Shown here: positions 1 to 12,481 of the stretch, in pieces
Numbering within the stretch: the first letter of the stretch is position 1
Layout: each line of letters starts with the position of its first letter
Origin: Raja brachyura
Lineage: Eukaryota
Assembly (NCBI GenBank): GCA_963514005.1
Contig: OY740781.1
Location: forward strand, 170,438,001 to 170,502,000
Length of the DNA stretch: 64,000 nt
Direction: 5' to 3'
Notes under the pieces: generated by a model
Told to the model about the DNA's origin: nothing
Databases searched by the model: none
The model's input: only the letters and a program-made list of their open reading frames with translations
Position numbers and translations under genes: made by a program

Positions 1-397
1 TTAATCTCCCTATAAACAACTTGACATAGCAAACTCAGTAGCTTTTATGACAGAGGTTTGTGGTAATAAGAGTAAATTAATGGCAATACAGAGCACAACT
101 TTGAATGGGAGTGATCAACTCACATTAACATTTTTGGTCTGATGATACATATTTTTTCCAAATGTTTATCAGCCTTTCGAATCTGAAGCTGACTTACCTT
201 CCTAGTCTTTTTCTCTTTTCTAATTATCAGCATTGGCTGCAATAATTATTTTATTTTTTATGATTGATGACTGAGAATGGAAAGCAATTCAATTCACCTT
301 TTAGGACATTTTGTTATTGATTAATTTGTAAAAATATAATATCAATAAACTCATATATAGCAAACACTCATTATTATTTTTTTAAATATGGCTATAG

Positions 398-438
398 CTA
401 TATATATATATATATATAAATAAATAAATAAATAGATA
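398..438. repeat. (TA)n/(TAAA)n microsatellite
   Basis: Directly visible tatatata...taaataaataaatagatag run. Confidence 0.9.
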
Positions 439-647
439 GCTCCCTTATATGGTACCACAATGAAATGATCAGATTTTCCCCTAGTCCATACACTAGCAAC
501 TATGTGAATTGTAAATAAGTACCACTGTTTATTTTCTGTTGGTTAAATATTTCAAGAGTTCTGACTAGAATAGAACGAGAGGAGCAATAGATACATACAA
601 AATTAATAAGCAAATGTTTACACTGCCACCAAGGCCAAATTAATTTG

Positions 648-985
648 AGGGTGGCGCAGTTAGTAGAACTGCTGCCTCACCAGTGACAACAGGCTGGGTT
701 CAATCCTGACCTCTGCTGTTGTCTGCGCAGAGTTTTCATGTTCTCCCCGTCTTCACATGAGTCTCCTCCCATAGACTAAGTTTGTAGGTTGGTAACTGAA
801 TTGGCTGCTGGAAATTTCCCCTTGTGTAGGTGAGTGGAAGGAGCCGATAGTAATACTGGGCGAAATAAAATGGATTGGGGTAGGATTGGTGTAGATACAC
901 GTGCTTGATGATCAGTGTGGACTCAATAGGCTGAAGGGTCTGGATCTCAATTGTATGGGCCGATGTATCTGTTTCAACTATGGGC
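648..985 (+). mobile_element. tRNA-derived V-SINE (HE1-like), diverged
   Basis: A-box-like gtggcgcagttagtag, B-box-like ggttcaatcc, V-core gagttttcatgttctccccgt, CR1-like 3' tail (gggctgaagggtc). Confidence 0.8.
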
Positions 986-1142
986 TGATGCAGCCGTTTC
1001 CATTTTGACCTCTGAGTTCCCCACATGAAACATATCTATAGAAACACATTTATTTTTATTTAACTTATTATTTACAGGTGATACACCATTCTTTAATTCA
1101 TCTCACCAACCCCTTTGCTACTCTTGCACTTTTAAAATTCTT

Positions 1143-1510
1143 TAAGAAGGAACTGCAGATGCTGGAAAATCGAAGGTAGACAAAAGTGCTGGAGAAACTC
1201 AGCGGGTGAGGCAGCATCTATGGAGCGAAGGAAATAGGCAACATTTCGGGCCAAAACCGTTCTTCAGACTGATGTGAGGGTGGGGGTGGTGGGGTGGGGC
1301 TGAAATTAGAGAAGTCAATGTTCATACCGCTGGGGTGCAAACTGCCCAAGCGAAATATGAGGTGCTGCTCCTCCAATTTACGGTGGGCCTCACTCTGGCC
1401 ATGGGGGAGGCCGAGGACAGAAAAGTCAGATTCGGAATGGGAGGGGGAGTTAAAGTACTGAACCACCGGGAGATCGGGTTGGTTATTACAAACGGAGCGG
1501 AGGTTCTTTT
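1143..1510 (-). mobile_element. Penelope-like element 3' end (GIY-YIG endonuclease C-terminus plus terminal repeat with degenerate hammerhead core)
   Basis: ORF 1218..1559 contains LPVVQYFNSPSHS...RKLEEQHLIFRLGSLHPSGMN, typical of the PLE endonuclease end; CTGAAGA...GAAA core at 1240-1267 (-). Confidence 0.85.
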
Positions 1511-2599
1511 CATTTTCTGCAGCTGTAACACTGAAATACTGTAACAGTATATTTTGCACTCTGGTTATTTATCTGTTTGCCTCCCCCCTTCTCTTTGTTC
1601 ACTCATTTCCCTTAATTTAAAAAAAATGCTTCTAATTTTCATTGATCTATTGGAAATTGCCAATTGGGGCTGATAATATCATTGTTCAGGCTATCAACTC
1701 CCCCACATTCCAGCAGACCAAATGTACATTGAATGGTTGTTAGAATGAACAAACATATTGTGTGAGTGACTCGCAGCAGCGAGTTTCTCATCAGTCCCTT
1801 TCCCTGTTAGTATTCTGTTCCCTTCCACTCTAACGCTTTGGTCAATCTTCTGATCGTTCCAACGAAACTCAATTAAGAATAATCAAGGCGTGGAAGACAC
1901 TTTACATTCGGGGTCTTTAAAACTTTTTGGAATCAATGCTGAGCTCGGCAAATTTCAGGTCATGACCTCTACTCCTATGTTTGGACAACAGGTGCTGATA
2001 ATGGTTCATTCTTCTGCCTCCTTTCATCCAGCTGTTGTTTCGATTGCCACTGCCTTTTGCGTTGCATCCTCATCGGTTTTTGCCATTTAATCTCCCCTTT
2101 CTTCCACCTTATTCTAGGCTTCTGTTCTTTCGCCACTCACGCACTTCTTTAAAACCTGTTACATCTCGCGATTTCAAGTTTGATGAAAGGACATTGGAGC
2201 TGAATCTATCAGTCCATGGGTGCAGCCTGAATCGCTGACTTTTACAAGCATGCACTGTTCACATTTAATTGTATTTAAATTGGATGATAATACAATCACC
2301 AGAATTATTTGAAAGGTCATTAACTGCTGACACAATATTAATCTGTGACACAGCCAAACAATTCAAACTGTGCATGGTAGTTGTTTAATGGGAATGCGAG
2401 AAATGTTCTTTCAACCTCCTCATATCTTCGAACTGGTTGGTATTCAGTCATAAATATAAAAAACACAGCGATCACAACAGCCAGTGAGGTTCCCCTGGAG
2501 CACATTGATACACAACACAGACGGTTTCACTCACACGCACCCACACACATAATCCATCTCAGCGAAGTATCATGTGTCCCAGATTCTTCACCGATTATA

Positions 2600-4720
2600 G
2601 GGCTACTGGAGGGTTTGCACGGATTTTGCAAAAACAAAATCGTTGATTCCTAATCAATTGCCAACGTAAGACAGCGCGTCTCAGAAGAAAAAAAATACCC
2701 TTTGCACATGTTCGGGCTGAATCACATCAGATGGAAACATGTCCTGCCCTTAACAAACCTGACTCGCAAGTATCCTCTGCCCAAAGGTAAATCCCCTTAA
2801 ATACTGCGCATTAGAAGCACACAGGTACAACCGCAACACTATGGACAGCTTCAATGTGTAATTTCTTTAACGTTGTAGGTGGATAACTTCTCAAATGTAA
2901 CTCTCGTTGTTACATTATTATAGTAATGTTAAAACATATAACTTGGAAGCCCCTCGGGTACTTAGCAAATGTGGAAGAGATGGGAAGCACCTCTAAACGG
3001 GGTTAAGTAACCGCCAGAGGGATTAGCCGCGGGAGTTCTGGTAAATCACATCAAGGAAGATTGAAGAGTCTGACACTTTGTAAGTCTTAATATATTCTTC
3101 CGAAAGCTCGGGTCAAATAAAAAAAAACCACAATCATCTGATTCAAATGTAAATTGAAGCTCCTCGCAGCTGTCAGATACCCGGCGTCAACATACAACAT
3201 ACTGCCTGCGTTTACAACCGATTACAAAGCCGTGCTAGTTGGGGGCTTATTTAGTCATAGAGCCGACAAGAAAACGGAATTGCCATGAGTTTTCTACGAA
3301 CCCGAAATGCTTCAATAACAATGTTGACTTCGGGGTACCTTGCAGGATGCAAGAAACAAAGGAAAAGCCTCAACATTTCATCCACTATTTACATCTCCTT
3401 CGCCGAACAGCAAACAATTAATACAGGATCTGAAACAGATATTGTAAATGTACAGCGGAGCTCGCCTCGGGCAAACCCTCCTATCCTGCTGAGTAGATTC
3501 TTACCAAATCTGACATCGCGCCAATGGTCCATATTAAGCTTAATCAAGTTTATCTATAAGTCCTACACTACGTGACCAGCTCACACATCTAACTGATCAA
3601 CGACATTGCTGCATGAATTGTTAAGCACCGTCCGCTGGTACTTTCCCTAGTACTTGGTGGGTATTTTTTTACAGTACTTATAAACTGCAGGCTGGCATTT
3701 TAACTCTTGCTCAATCCGAATCTGTCGTCTCTTCACACATGTTTCTGGATCCGTTTGTTTATTTCATCCCCTCGTAAATCTATAGGCCCGGTTACATCGC
3801 GAAACATGTAGCAACTGATGAACAAACACACACTTCACCGGTAGTTCTCCCTCGCCCAAATATTTAATGTCTTACCTGTTTGACCTACACGGCGTGGGGA
3901 AGCGAGGCAGTTCCTGCTTTTCGCGCAAGCAGCTCGGATTAATCGGAGAAAGACACTGGAGCTGAAACTGTCCCTCAAACCTAAAATAAAATGAGCCAAT
4001 TACAAAATAAAAGAAGTGGAAAACACTGAAGATAAGGGTTGGAATAATCCCGGCGTGAAAACGTGTGTGTGTGTGGTTGGGTCGGGAAGCAGCTGGCTGA
4101 TGCTTGCTGTCCGCTGCTCTCTAGCCGTGCAGTGAGCCTGGCAGGCGGAGTCGCTCCGCTCAGTCCCCGCCTGTATGTATGTGTGTGTGTATGCCTGTCT
4201 GTGCCTCTTTAGCCCAACTAGCACTGAGTGAGTGAACAGCTCCCAGCGCCGCTGCTCCGCGCCCAGCGCTGCCGCCCCGCCCTCCTCATCTCCATACAGC
4301 CGGCAGCCCCGGTCACTGACATCCCCGGAGATCGCCTTCACCTGCTCAGGGTGGTGGGGGCGCCGGCTGTCGGTCCTCTCCGCCTAGTCCTTCCACACGG
4401 AGCCCCTGCGCCCTCAACTGCGCCCAGAAGGGGTTCCCCTGCTTGCCCGCACACATGCACGCAACTTGTTTGAAAACACTCCTTCTGCAAAGGTGGTTGT
4501 GATTTTGCTCAGGCTGACCGAATGACGGTGCTCTGAACAAACGGCGTTGTCTCTCGAGCCTGTGAAGTTACATGCAATGTTGTGCTCCTGTCCGGTATAA
4601 TTAATTGCATGAATTGTATTCGAGATCGCGTGGGTTTGTGAACATTCTTACTCACAATCGTATTATCTCACCGTAATGACGGTGCCTCTTTTCCGAAAAG
4701 AAATTACAACTCCTACTTGA
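2600..4720 (-). promoter_or_regulatory. CpG-rich promoter/first-exon region of an unidentified gene, probably transcribed leftwards
   Basis: Repeat-free stretch with many CpGs, GC peak at about 4080-4460 and a GC-box (gccccgccc, ~4276); strong minus-strand donor CAG|GTAAGA at 3876/3875. Confidence 0.55.
3876..3980 (-). other. Putative (5'UTR) exon; may extend upstream to ~4230 as a first exon
   Basis: Minus strand reads ttttattttAG|GTTTGAGG...CAAACAG|GTAAGA; 105 nt with no ATG inside. Confidence 0.4.
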
Positions 4721-4829
4721 AGCACATGGCAAATAGTTGAAACCAACATTTCAAGTCGGCATTAAATGTGTAATTGCGGAATGTAGTCTCCTATCGCTAG
4801 CATTGATGAGGGGCTGGGGCGGGGTGAGT

Positions 4830-5400
4830 ATAACAGTCAGCAAGCCATGTTGCAGCTTTAATGGACTTTGGCTGGGCCACATTTGGATTATTATGTGCAG
4901 TTCTGGTTGCCCCATTACAGGAAGGAAGTGGATGCTTTGATGAGTTGAGTGCAGCTTGCTGTCTGGATTAGAGGGTATTAGCGAAAAGGAAAGGATGAAT
5001 CAATCAGGATTGTTTTCCCTGGAGGTTGAGGGGGAGACCTGATAGAAGTGTATGCAATTATGAGGCATAGACAGGGCAGACAGGCAAAACCTTTTACCCA
5101 TGGTGGAAATGTCAAAGAGTAGAGGGCATAACTTTACGGTGAGAAGGGCAACATTTAAAGGGGATGTGCGGGCTAATGTTTTTACACAGAATGTGGTGAT
5201 TGCCTGGAACACGATGCCATGAGTGGTGGTGAAGGCAAATACGCTAGGGGTATTGAAGAGACTATTGAATAGACACTGGGATATGCAGGGAATGGAGCAA
5301 TTAGATCACGTGCAGATAGAAGAGATCAGTTTAATGTGGCATCCTGTTCAGCACAAGTGTTGTGGGCTGAAGGGCCTCTTCTTTTGCTGTACATAGCTGT
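4830..5400 (+). mobile_element. CR1 (HER1-like) LINE 3' fragment, diverged
   Basis: Degenerate CVQFW/GDLIEVY-encoding segments and 3' tail gggctgaagggcct. Confidence 0.85.
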
Positions 5401-5788
5401 TTGCTATGTAGATAATTTGGTGAATTTGCAGGAAATGCCTGATTGTTGATCAAAGCACAAATGAGTTATGGATTTACCTAAAACATCTTAAATGCTTTCA
5501 AATTGCTAATTTGCAAATCCATAGGCACCGTAAAATCAATGATGGACACATGACAGCATTAAATGCTGATGTTAATATTAATGTCTTCAAGACTTGGTCA
5601 AACTAGGCAGTGTTGAGAAGCAGTCAGCCCATATAGCATGTTTCACAATCTCAGAATGTCCCAAAACGATTCCAGTCGTCAAGCGTGGTTAACTGTCATG
5701 TGTGCAAGCACATTGAGGCACCAGTACAATAAAAATCCTGCTTGCGGCAGCATCACAGGCACACAAATTCAGAATCAAGTTATTGCTT

Positions 5789-5814
5789 GTGTGTGTGTGT
5801 GTGTGTGTGTGTGT
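5789..5814. repeat. (GT)n microsatellite
   Basis: Direct observation. Confidence 0.95.
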
Positions 5815-5816
5815 AC

Positions 5817-6145
5817 AGGGCGGCAGAATGGTGCAGCTGGTAGAGCTGCTGCTTCACGGTACCAGAGACCCAAGTTCGATCCTGATCTCGGCTGCTGGCT
5901 GTGCAGAGTTTGCACATTCTCCCTGTGACCGCGTGGGTTTTCTCCGGGTCCTCAGGTTTCTTTCCATGTCCCAAAGACATGCAAATCTGTAGGTTAATTG
6001 GCCTCTGTAAATTGGCCTTAGTGTATGGGGAGAGGGAAAGTGGAATTACATAGAACTAGTGTGAATGGGTGATTGATGTCAGCGTGGTCTTGTTGTGCCA
6101 AAGGGACTGTTTCCATGCTGTATCTTTAAACTATACTAAACTAAA
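5817..6145 (+). mobile_element. HE1-like V-SINE, near full length
   Basis: tggtgcagctggtagagctgctgc A-box region, gttcgatcc B box, V-core, ctaaactaaac tail. Confidence 0.85.
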
Positions 6146-7388
6146 CATCTCTAATATGGGGAAACAAGACAGCTGCTTCCAACAGAATAAAACTATACAA
6201 CAAGGTGATAAAAAACAGAAAATCTATTGTAATGTATTCATTAATATGTTGCACATATTGCTCCACATGAACAGCTGAAAAGGACATAAAGTGCTGGAGT
6301 AACTCAGCCGGTGAATGGGATATCTAAGTTCCTATATTCCTGAAGTAAATTAAACTATTGCACCAGAAAATTGTAGAAGTCCATGTGCAATAGTTTAATA
6401 GTGCATTGTCCACTATTTTGATGGAGTATCACTCAAGGACCACCAGGAGGATTGGATTTTTATGGAAATAGCTTGTGGGAATTGGGGACTGTTTGCCTTG
6501 ATTGAAATGGAGTTAAAATAGTTGCAGTCTCTTGAAATGGCGACAAGACAGAAGCAACTAACAATATGCCTATTAACCGCATATCAACAACAATGTTTGG
6601 AAATGCTCAGCAGGTCAGGCTAAATCTGTGGAGAAATTAACGTTCATCTCCTTCAGCTTTTTTTTAACAATACAGGCAGATAGAATGATTATGAATAGTT
6701 AGATAGTGAGGTCAAGAACCAGATTTTAATAAGCAAAATCACAGGGGTGGAATTGAGTTGATTTGGAGACCAATGATGCTCAGGAAACTGAGACACAGGT
6801 GGAGCCCATTTATAATTTTACTCTACGTTATAGTTTCCACACTAATTGTAGCAGTGGCCCTGATGATTATCTACATTTTGCAGTTTTGACTCCAGAATTT
6901 AAAGGTATTATCTCACAGCTGAAGGAAATGGTGAAAGCAGATACAAAAGCAAAATTTAAGAGGCATTTTGACAGCAACACAAACAGACAAGGAATTGTGT
7001 TATGCAGACCATGTGCAAGTGGATATACAGTCTAAATTGGCATCATTGTCAGCACAAACATTCTGGGCCCCAGGGCCTTTTTCTGTGCCGTACTGTTCTG
7101 TGGTTTATATCTTACACAACAAATGCTCCCCATCAAGTGAACACATCCTATTCATCTCAATTGTTGGTCTATTATTTCATTTCTTCCAAAACAAATTACC
7201 AGGAAGAGGCAGAGGACCAGAGGTCACCCTCTAACCAATTAAGTTTCAGACGAGAAAGAAATGGAGAATGGCAAGGTCTTGGTCTACTTTGCTATTGGAG
7301 ATGGAAGCAGCCAGATACCCAGTAACACCATCTAATCACAGGCAACTACTTACATGTTACTATTGATGTCATCAGACACTGAAATAGC

Positions 7389-7488
7389 TGAAGAGTCTGA
7401 AGAAGGGTCTCAACGTGAAACGTCACCAATTCCTTCTCTCCAGAGATGCTGCCTGGCCCGCTGAGTTACGCCAGCATTTTGTGTCAAC
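7389..7488 (+). mobile_element. Penelope-derived 100-bp insertion with hammerhead core
   Basis: CTGAAGA-agggtctcaacgt-GAAAC-GTC at 7397-7424; 10-bp TSD ctgaaatagc at 7379-7388 and 7489-7498. Confidence 0.8.
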
Positions 7489-7705
7489 CTGAAATAGCAT
7501 CAGATACATACTGATAATTTCACACATTCTCACCTTCACAGTTACGCGGTGGTTGTCAAAGTAAATGGGTTGTCTTCTTAAACATTATTTCCACTACCCT
7601 GATTTCTATTTGATTTCAGGAGCATAGGGTAAGATTCCTTTTTTCCTCTGAGTTTCCTACCATTTTCCTTAACGTATTCCCTTGCCCCACACTTCTCTGG
7701 CACAG

Positions 7706-7980
7706 GGGCAGCAAAGTGGCGCAGCAGCAGAACTGCTGCCTCATAGCACCTGGGACCTGGGTTCAATCCTGACCTCAGATGCTGTCCCTACAGAGTTTGT
7801 ATGTTCTCGCTGTGACTGTGTGTGTTTTCCCCGGGTGATCCGGTTTCCTCCCACATTCCAAAGACGTGCAGGTTTGTAGGTTAATTGGCTTCTGTAAATT
7901 GTTCCTAATGCATAGGATAGTGCCAGTGTCCCCAAAGGGCCTGTTTCCACACTTATATCTCCAAAATAAACTAAACTACT
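7706..7980 (+). mobile_element. HE1-like V-SINE (internally deleted)
   Basis: gtggcgcagc, ggttcaatcc, V-core, aaactaaac tail. Confidence 0.85.
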
Positions 7981-8501
7981 TTAATTTGGAATGTTTATGT
8001 CCACCAGACCAATCTCTTGATAATCTTCTGCATTCTACAGCTTTCTTCCTCATTATCCACAACAGATCAGAATTCCAAACCATTGATGTGTAGAAGAGAA
8101 CCATAAAATGTGTGAAGTAGCTTCCTAAGTGTATACAATAACTGTTCAGCACAAATGCTGTGAACAAGCTTTCTCAAAATAATCATATAATCAATTTAGA
8201 GTTCTGAGTACTCAGCAGCAATAAAACTGATCGTGGCTTTAGCACCTTACATTGCTCTAGCTTTCTCATCTTGTTTTCACAATGAATTCCAGGAAGTTTG
8301 GGAACCTTGTCAACACAAAGTTAATGGAGGAAATGTAAATTTTTCTTGAAATAAATGATTTACATATTGCTTCTCTGCCAATTTGTGTGGACTGCTGTCA
8401 AAAGCCCTTGAGCAAAATGTAGACAGGGTGGAAGGGTGGAGCTGTTTCCTCAATCTCCTCAAATTTGATCTCTGCACTTCACACAGCAACCTCATGTACT
8501 C

Positions 8502-8681
8502 GTGTGTAGGAAGGAACTGTAGATGCTGGTTTAAACCGACGATAGTGTAGTAACTCAGCGCGATAGGCAGCATCACCTGAAATAAGGAATGGGTGACTTT
8601 CGGGTCTAGGTCCTTTCCTACCCATTCTTTCTCTCCAGATATGCTGCCTGCCCCGCTGAGTTACTCCAGTTTTTTGTGTCT
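8502..8681. mobile_element. Penelope-derived inverted terminal-repeat pair
   Basis: Two oppositely oriented copies of the PLE end; 14-bp TSD aacctcatgtactc at 8488-8501 and 8682-8695. Confidence 0.8.
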
Positions 8682-9099
8682 AACCTCATGTACTCTGTAG
8701 ATTAAGGCTCCATAAAGTTACGACACTCAAACATTTGACTGAAAAAAAAGCCTGTTTTTACTGTTAAAAAATTGGTTGTGTTTTCAAGAAAATCGTCACC
8801 TTAGCAATTGTCATTTTATTCACAGCTATGTGAAATAAATGCTACTCTGATGTGGTCTATTGTGAATGAGTCAATTAATAACACCATTGATCCACTCAAA
8901 ACCCACTAACCAGCTATTTTCCACTGGTATTGGAGCCAAGGTGTTTGCTATCAAATTTATTGATGGTCTTGATGGGGAGAATGATCTGTCAGTGCATGGG
9001 TGATTGAAAGATGAGTTCAACACTTCAGTCTTAGAGTGTGTTCCACAGCTATAGCAGATTTTAATTTGAGGTGATTTAAGTCTGTATTTGGAAAACTAA

Positions 9100-9505
9100 T
9101 ATGATACAATGTAACTTTATTTATCCCAAGAGGGAAAATGATCAGCCAACAGTCATAAAACACAAGAAGACACATGAAACATGAAATTAAAGTGACCAGT
9201 GGAAAGTCCAGCATTGGGGATGTGCAAAGATTGGGGAGTGGACGGGAGTCAGTCTACCCAATGACAGAAGAAGGAGGAGTTGTACAGTTTCATAGTCACA
9301 GGGGAAAAGGATCTCCTGTGGTGTTCTGTGCTGCATCTTGTGCTGGAACAAGTCTGTTGCTGAAGGTGCTCCTCAGGTTGACCAGTGTGTCATGGAGGGG
9401 GTGAGATGTATTGTCCAAGATGCTCTGCAGTTTGAGGAGCATCCTCCTCCCAAGATCATCACCAATAAATTACACTCCACCACCAGGACAGAGACAGCCT
9501 TTCTA
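9100..9505 (-). mobile_element. Rex1/Babar LINE 3' fragment
   Basis: Highly similar to 15980-16360, whose ORF reads LRSILDNTAHPLHDTL...FSNRL, the Rex1 C-terminus. Confidence 0.75.
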
Positions 9506-10033
9506 TATCCTAATTTTAAATCCTAAACATTTAATATTTTTAAAATATACTTTGGAGAGGGCAAAGGACAAACATACTTTCACACACAAGGATAATAATA
9601 AAATGTCTCATCTGGGAAATAACATCTAGATGTTTGAATGCATCACGTATCTTAAAAAAAAGTTAAATAAAGTAAATGATCTTCAAATGCATCTAACCCA
9701 AACAAAAGCAAATAGTGCTTTATTTCTTAGATAATCGTTGCAAATAGTGCTTTATTTCTTGGATAAGAATGGCCTGATGCAGGAGAGAATGGAGATAATG
9801 GTGGTTCCTGAGATTCTTTCAATAAAGAGCTGGATTGCGTTCTACCTGGGAAAGAAATCACTTCATGCTTGGGCTGGATGGTGCAAAGCATAAAACAGGG
9901 CCAACAGATCAGGGAGTGAATTTCCTTTTCGCATTTTTAATAGGGATGATTTAAAAAACGTTTTTATTCAGCTCTATCTCATTATACCATGTATCTCAAT
10001 CAAGATTTTAAAAATGCATTGTGAAATACAAAG

Positions 10034-11380
10034 CCCACCAGTTCGCCTATCGCTGAAACAGGTCCACAGAAGACGCCATCACCGTAGCTCTCCACTCTGT
10101 GCTGAGCCACCTGGAGCAGGGGCAGAGCTACGTCCGGATGCTCTTTGTGGATTACAGCTCAGCTTTCAATACTATCATTCCGGACATTCTCATCGACAAA
10201 CTGGTCACTCTCGGCCTCCCCACTCTCACATGTGCCTGGATAAAGGACTTCCTCACCAACCGGCCCCAGACTGTGAGACTCGGCCCCCACCTCTCCTCCA
10301 CTCGCATGTTGAGTACCGGCTCCCGACAGGGCTGTGTGCTAAGCCCCCTCCTACACTGTCTCTACACCCACGACTGTAGTCCGGCCCACAACAACAACCG
10401 AATCATCAAGTTTGCTGACGACACTACAGTAGTCGGACTCATCTCAAGGGGAGATGAGGCAGCCTACAGAGAGGAAGTCCTGAAGTTGACAGCATGGTGC
10501 TCAGAAAACAACCTGGGTCTGAACACCAAGAAAACCAAAGAGCTCATTGTCAACTTCAGGAGGCACAGCACCGACTTAGCCCCCTTATACATCAACGGCG
10601 AGTGTGTGGAGAGGGTCCACACCTTCCGGTTTCTCGGCGTCCTCATCTCCACTGACATCTCGTGGACAGACAACATCACGGCGATCATTAAGAAGGCTCA
10701 GCAGCAGCTGCACTTCCTGAGGGTCCTCAGGAAGCACAACCTGGACTCCAACCTGCTGCTGACCTTCTACTGCTCGTCCATTGAGAGCCTGTTGACATAC
10801 TGCATTACATCATGGTACGGCAGCTGCACCATGGCAGACAGGGAGAGACTTCAGAGGGTAGTTAGGGCAGCACAGAAGATCATCGGCTGCCCTCTCCCCT
10901 CTCTGATAGACATTTACACCTCTCGCTGCCTCAGCAGGGCGAAGAACATTATCAAGGACAGCTCCCATCCTGCATTTGGCCTGTTCAACCTGCTACCCTC
11001 AGGGAGGCACTATAGGTGCATCAGCACAAGGACAAATAGACTCAAGAACAGTTTCTTTCCAAAATCCATTATCTCCCTGAACTCACCCATGCACTGACTT
11101 CACAGCCTAACCCCCGGACTTTCATTTATCCACCTACTGTAATTTGTACTGTAACTGTAATTTCCATTATGTGCAATAACCCATACTGGATATAGGAATC
11201 CTATTTATCCATTCTATTTATCCATTGTCTTTTTATAGATATGTATATTGCGCTGCAGAAACTGTGCGCCTTATTCCCCCCCCCCTTTTTTTGTTTTGTT
11301 TTGCACTGAGTAGGAGCAGCTTTTAATCTCATTGTACATGTGTATAGTGACAATAAAAGGCATTCTGATTCTGATTCTGA
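10034..11380 (+). mobile_element. Rex1/Babar LINE, 5'-truncated, relatively young
   Basis: RT motifs [37 protein letters not shown]; 3' gacaataaa followed by (attctg)n tail. Confidence 0.92.
10099..11097 (+). CDS. Reverse transcriptase C-terminal portion of the Rex1/Babar element (truncated, probably non-functional)
   Basis: 332-aa open frame with FADD catalytic motif; an in-frame TGA lies just upstream and the endonuclease half is missing. Confidence 0.75.
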   Translation: MLSHLEQGQSYVRMLFVDYSSAFNTIIPDILIDKLVTLGLPTLTCAWIKDFLTNRPQTVRLGPHLSSTRMLSTGSRQGCVLSPLLHCLYTHDCSPAHNNNRIIKFADDTTVVGLISRGDEAAYREEVLKLTAWCSENNLGLNTKKTKELIVNFRRHSTDLAPLYINGECVERVHTFRFLGVLISTDISWTDNITAIIKKAQQQLHFLRVLRKHNLDSNLLLTFYCSSIESLLTYCITSWYGSCTMADRERLQRVVRAAQKIIGCPLPSLIDIYTSRCLSRAKNIIKDSSHPAFGLFNLLPSGRHYRCISTRTNRLKNSFFPKSIISLNSPMH

Positions 11381-12481
11381 AAACCTGGATTAGCCTTAAA
11401 TCTTTCCTTGTCCATCCTTTGATATGCACCTAACCTAGTATTCAAGCTTGTGGCATATCTGGTCAAACATCAGTACTCATTCTGTTGATGTTCAAGATTT
11501 GACAAGTAACCTGTTATTATGTCATTCATTCTTCCTCTGAAATCTATTGAAGCCATTTTCAAAAGAAAGAATGTTTACGTTGACTATTCCATCAAATACC
11601 AAATATCGATACTAGACTGCCTTCAGAGCCCATTTGGTTAAAGGACTCGTTACAGATTTTATTGAAATTTACTTGAAATCTGTTAGATTATGCTGTTGCA
11701 CCAAATTAGAATGTAGTTAATTTCAACATCAATCACGATGCATAAAGAACACAAGCTCTGTGTCATAATGCAAAACATTGAAAATCCAGTTTTTAAAGAA
11801 AATTATTTAAAATTTTCATTTGGTAAATTATATTTATTTATTTTGCCCATGATATTTTCATCAAAGAGTGAGTTATGAGGAATAATATTATGGATGGAAC
11901 TTGTATGGTTATGTTGTGCCCAGCATTAACATTGTTTTCTTTGGGTATAGACCACATTAAAATTAATTTTGCTTTGTTCACCCCACAATATGCTTTCAAA
12001 CCTCTTCCTAAAGAATCCTTTGTGGAATTAAATTGATTTCTCACTCTTGTCAGGCAATTGTTCCTCTGGCCTCTAACTGTAGCTGTTAATTAATGGCATA
12101 TAAAGGTCATTATGATATGCATGCAAGCTGCAGATGCCAAAAAATGTGAAACAAAAATAATAACAAAATCCTTGAAATGCACACATGACATGAAAGGATA
12201 GATGGAATTGAATTTATATCCTACATTATCACATTTTTTTAAAGTACATCAAATAAAATTATTTTTTATGAGCTGCATCCTTTAATACCACACAAGCAGA
12301 TGTGCCAATTATTTTGTACTCAACATGATCTATAAACTACAGTAAGATAAATGATCTGCTGATCTCACTAGTTTACATAATATTGTTAGTATTTACAGCC
12401 CCAAAACAGGCCGATTAGCACAATAGATATACTATTATCTATGCTATCCTGCTCCACACAGATGATCTTACAGCCTTCTTT

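Noticed and set aside
3876-3980. 105-nt exon as a coding exon
   Set aside because: Two frames are open but neither resembles a known protein and no upstream start exon is evident; treated as UTR.
4000-4341. 113-aa minus-strand ORF in the CpG-rich region
   Set aside because: Non-ATG start, crosses (CA)n low-complexity tracts and has no recognisable domain; expected by chance in GC-rich DNA.
5817-5890. tRNA genes suggested by A/B boxes here and at other SINE heads
   Set aside because: Each continues into the V-SINE core and CR1-like tail, and no full cloverleaf is evident.
6356-6378. TATTGCAC seed suggesting a miR-25/32/92 family microRNA
   Set aside because: The sequence after the seed does not match those mature miRNAs, and the seed's position in the hairpin does not fit a pre-miRNA.
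9708-9766. ~32-bp tandem duplication (gcaaatagtgctttatttctt.gataa)x2
   Set aside because: Ordinary local slippage duplication with no further structure.
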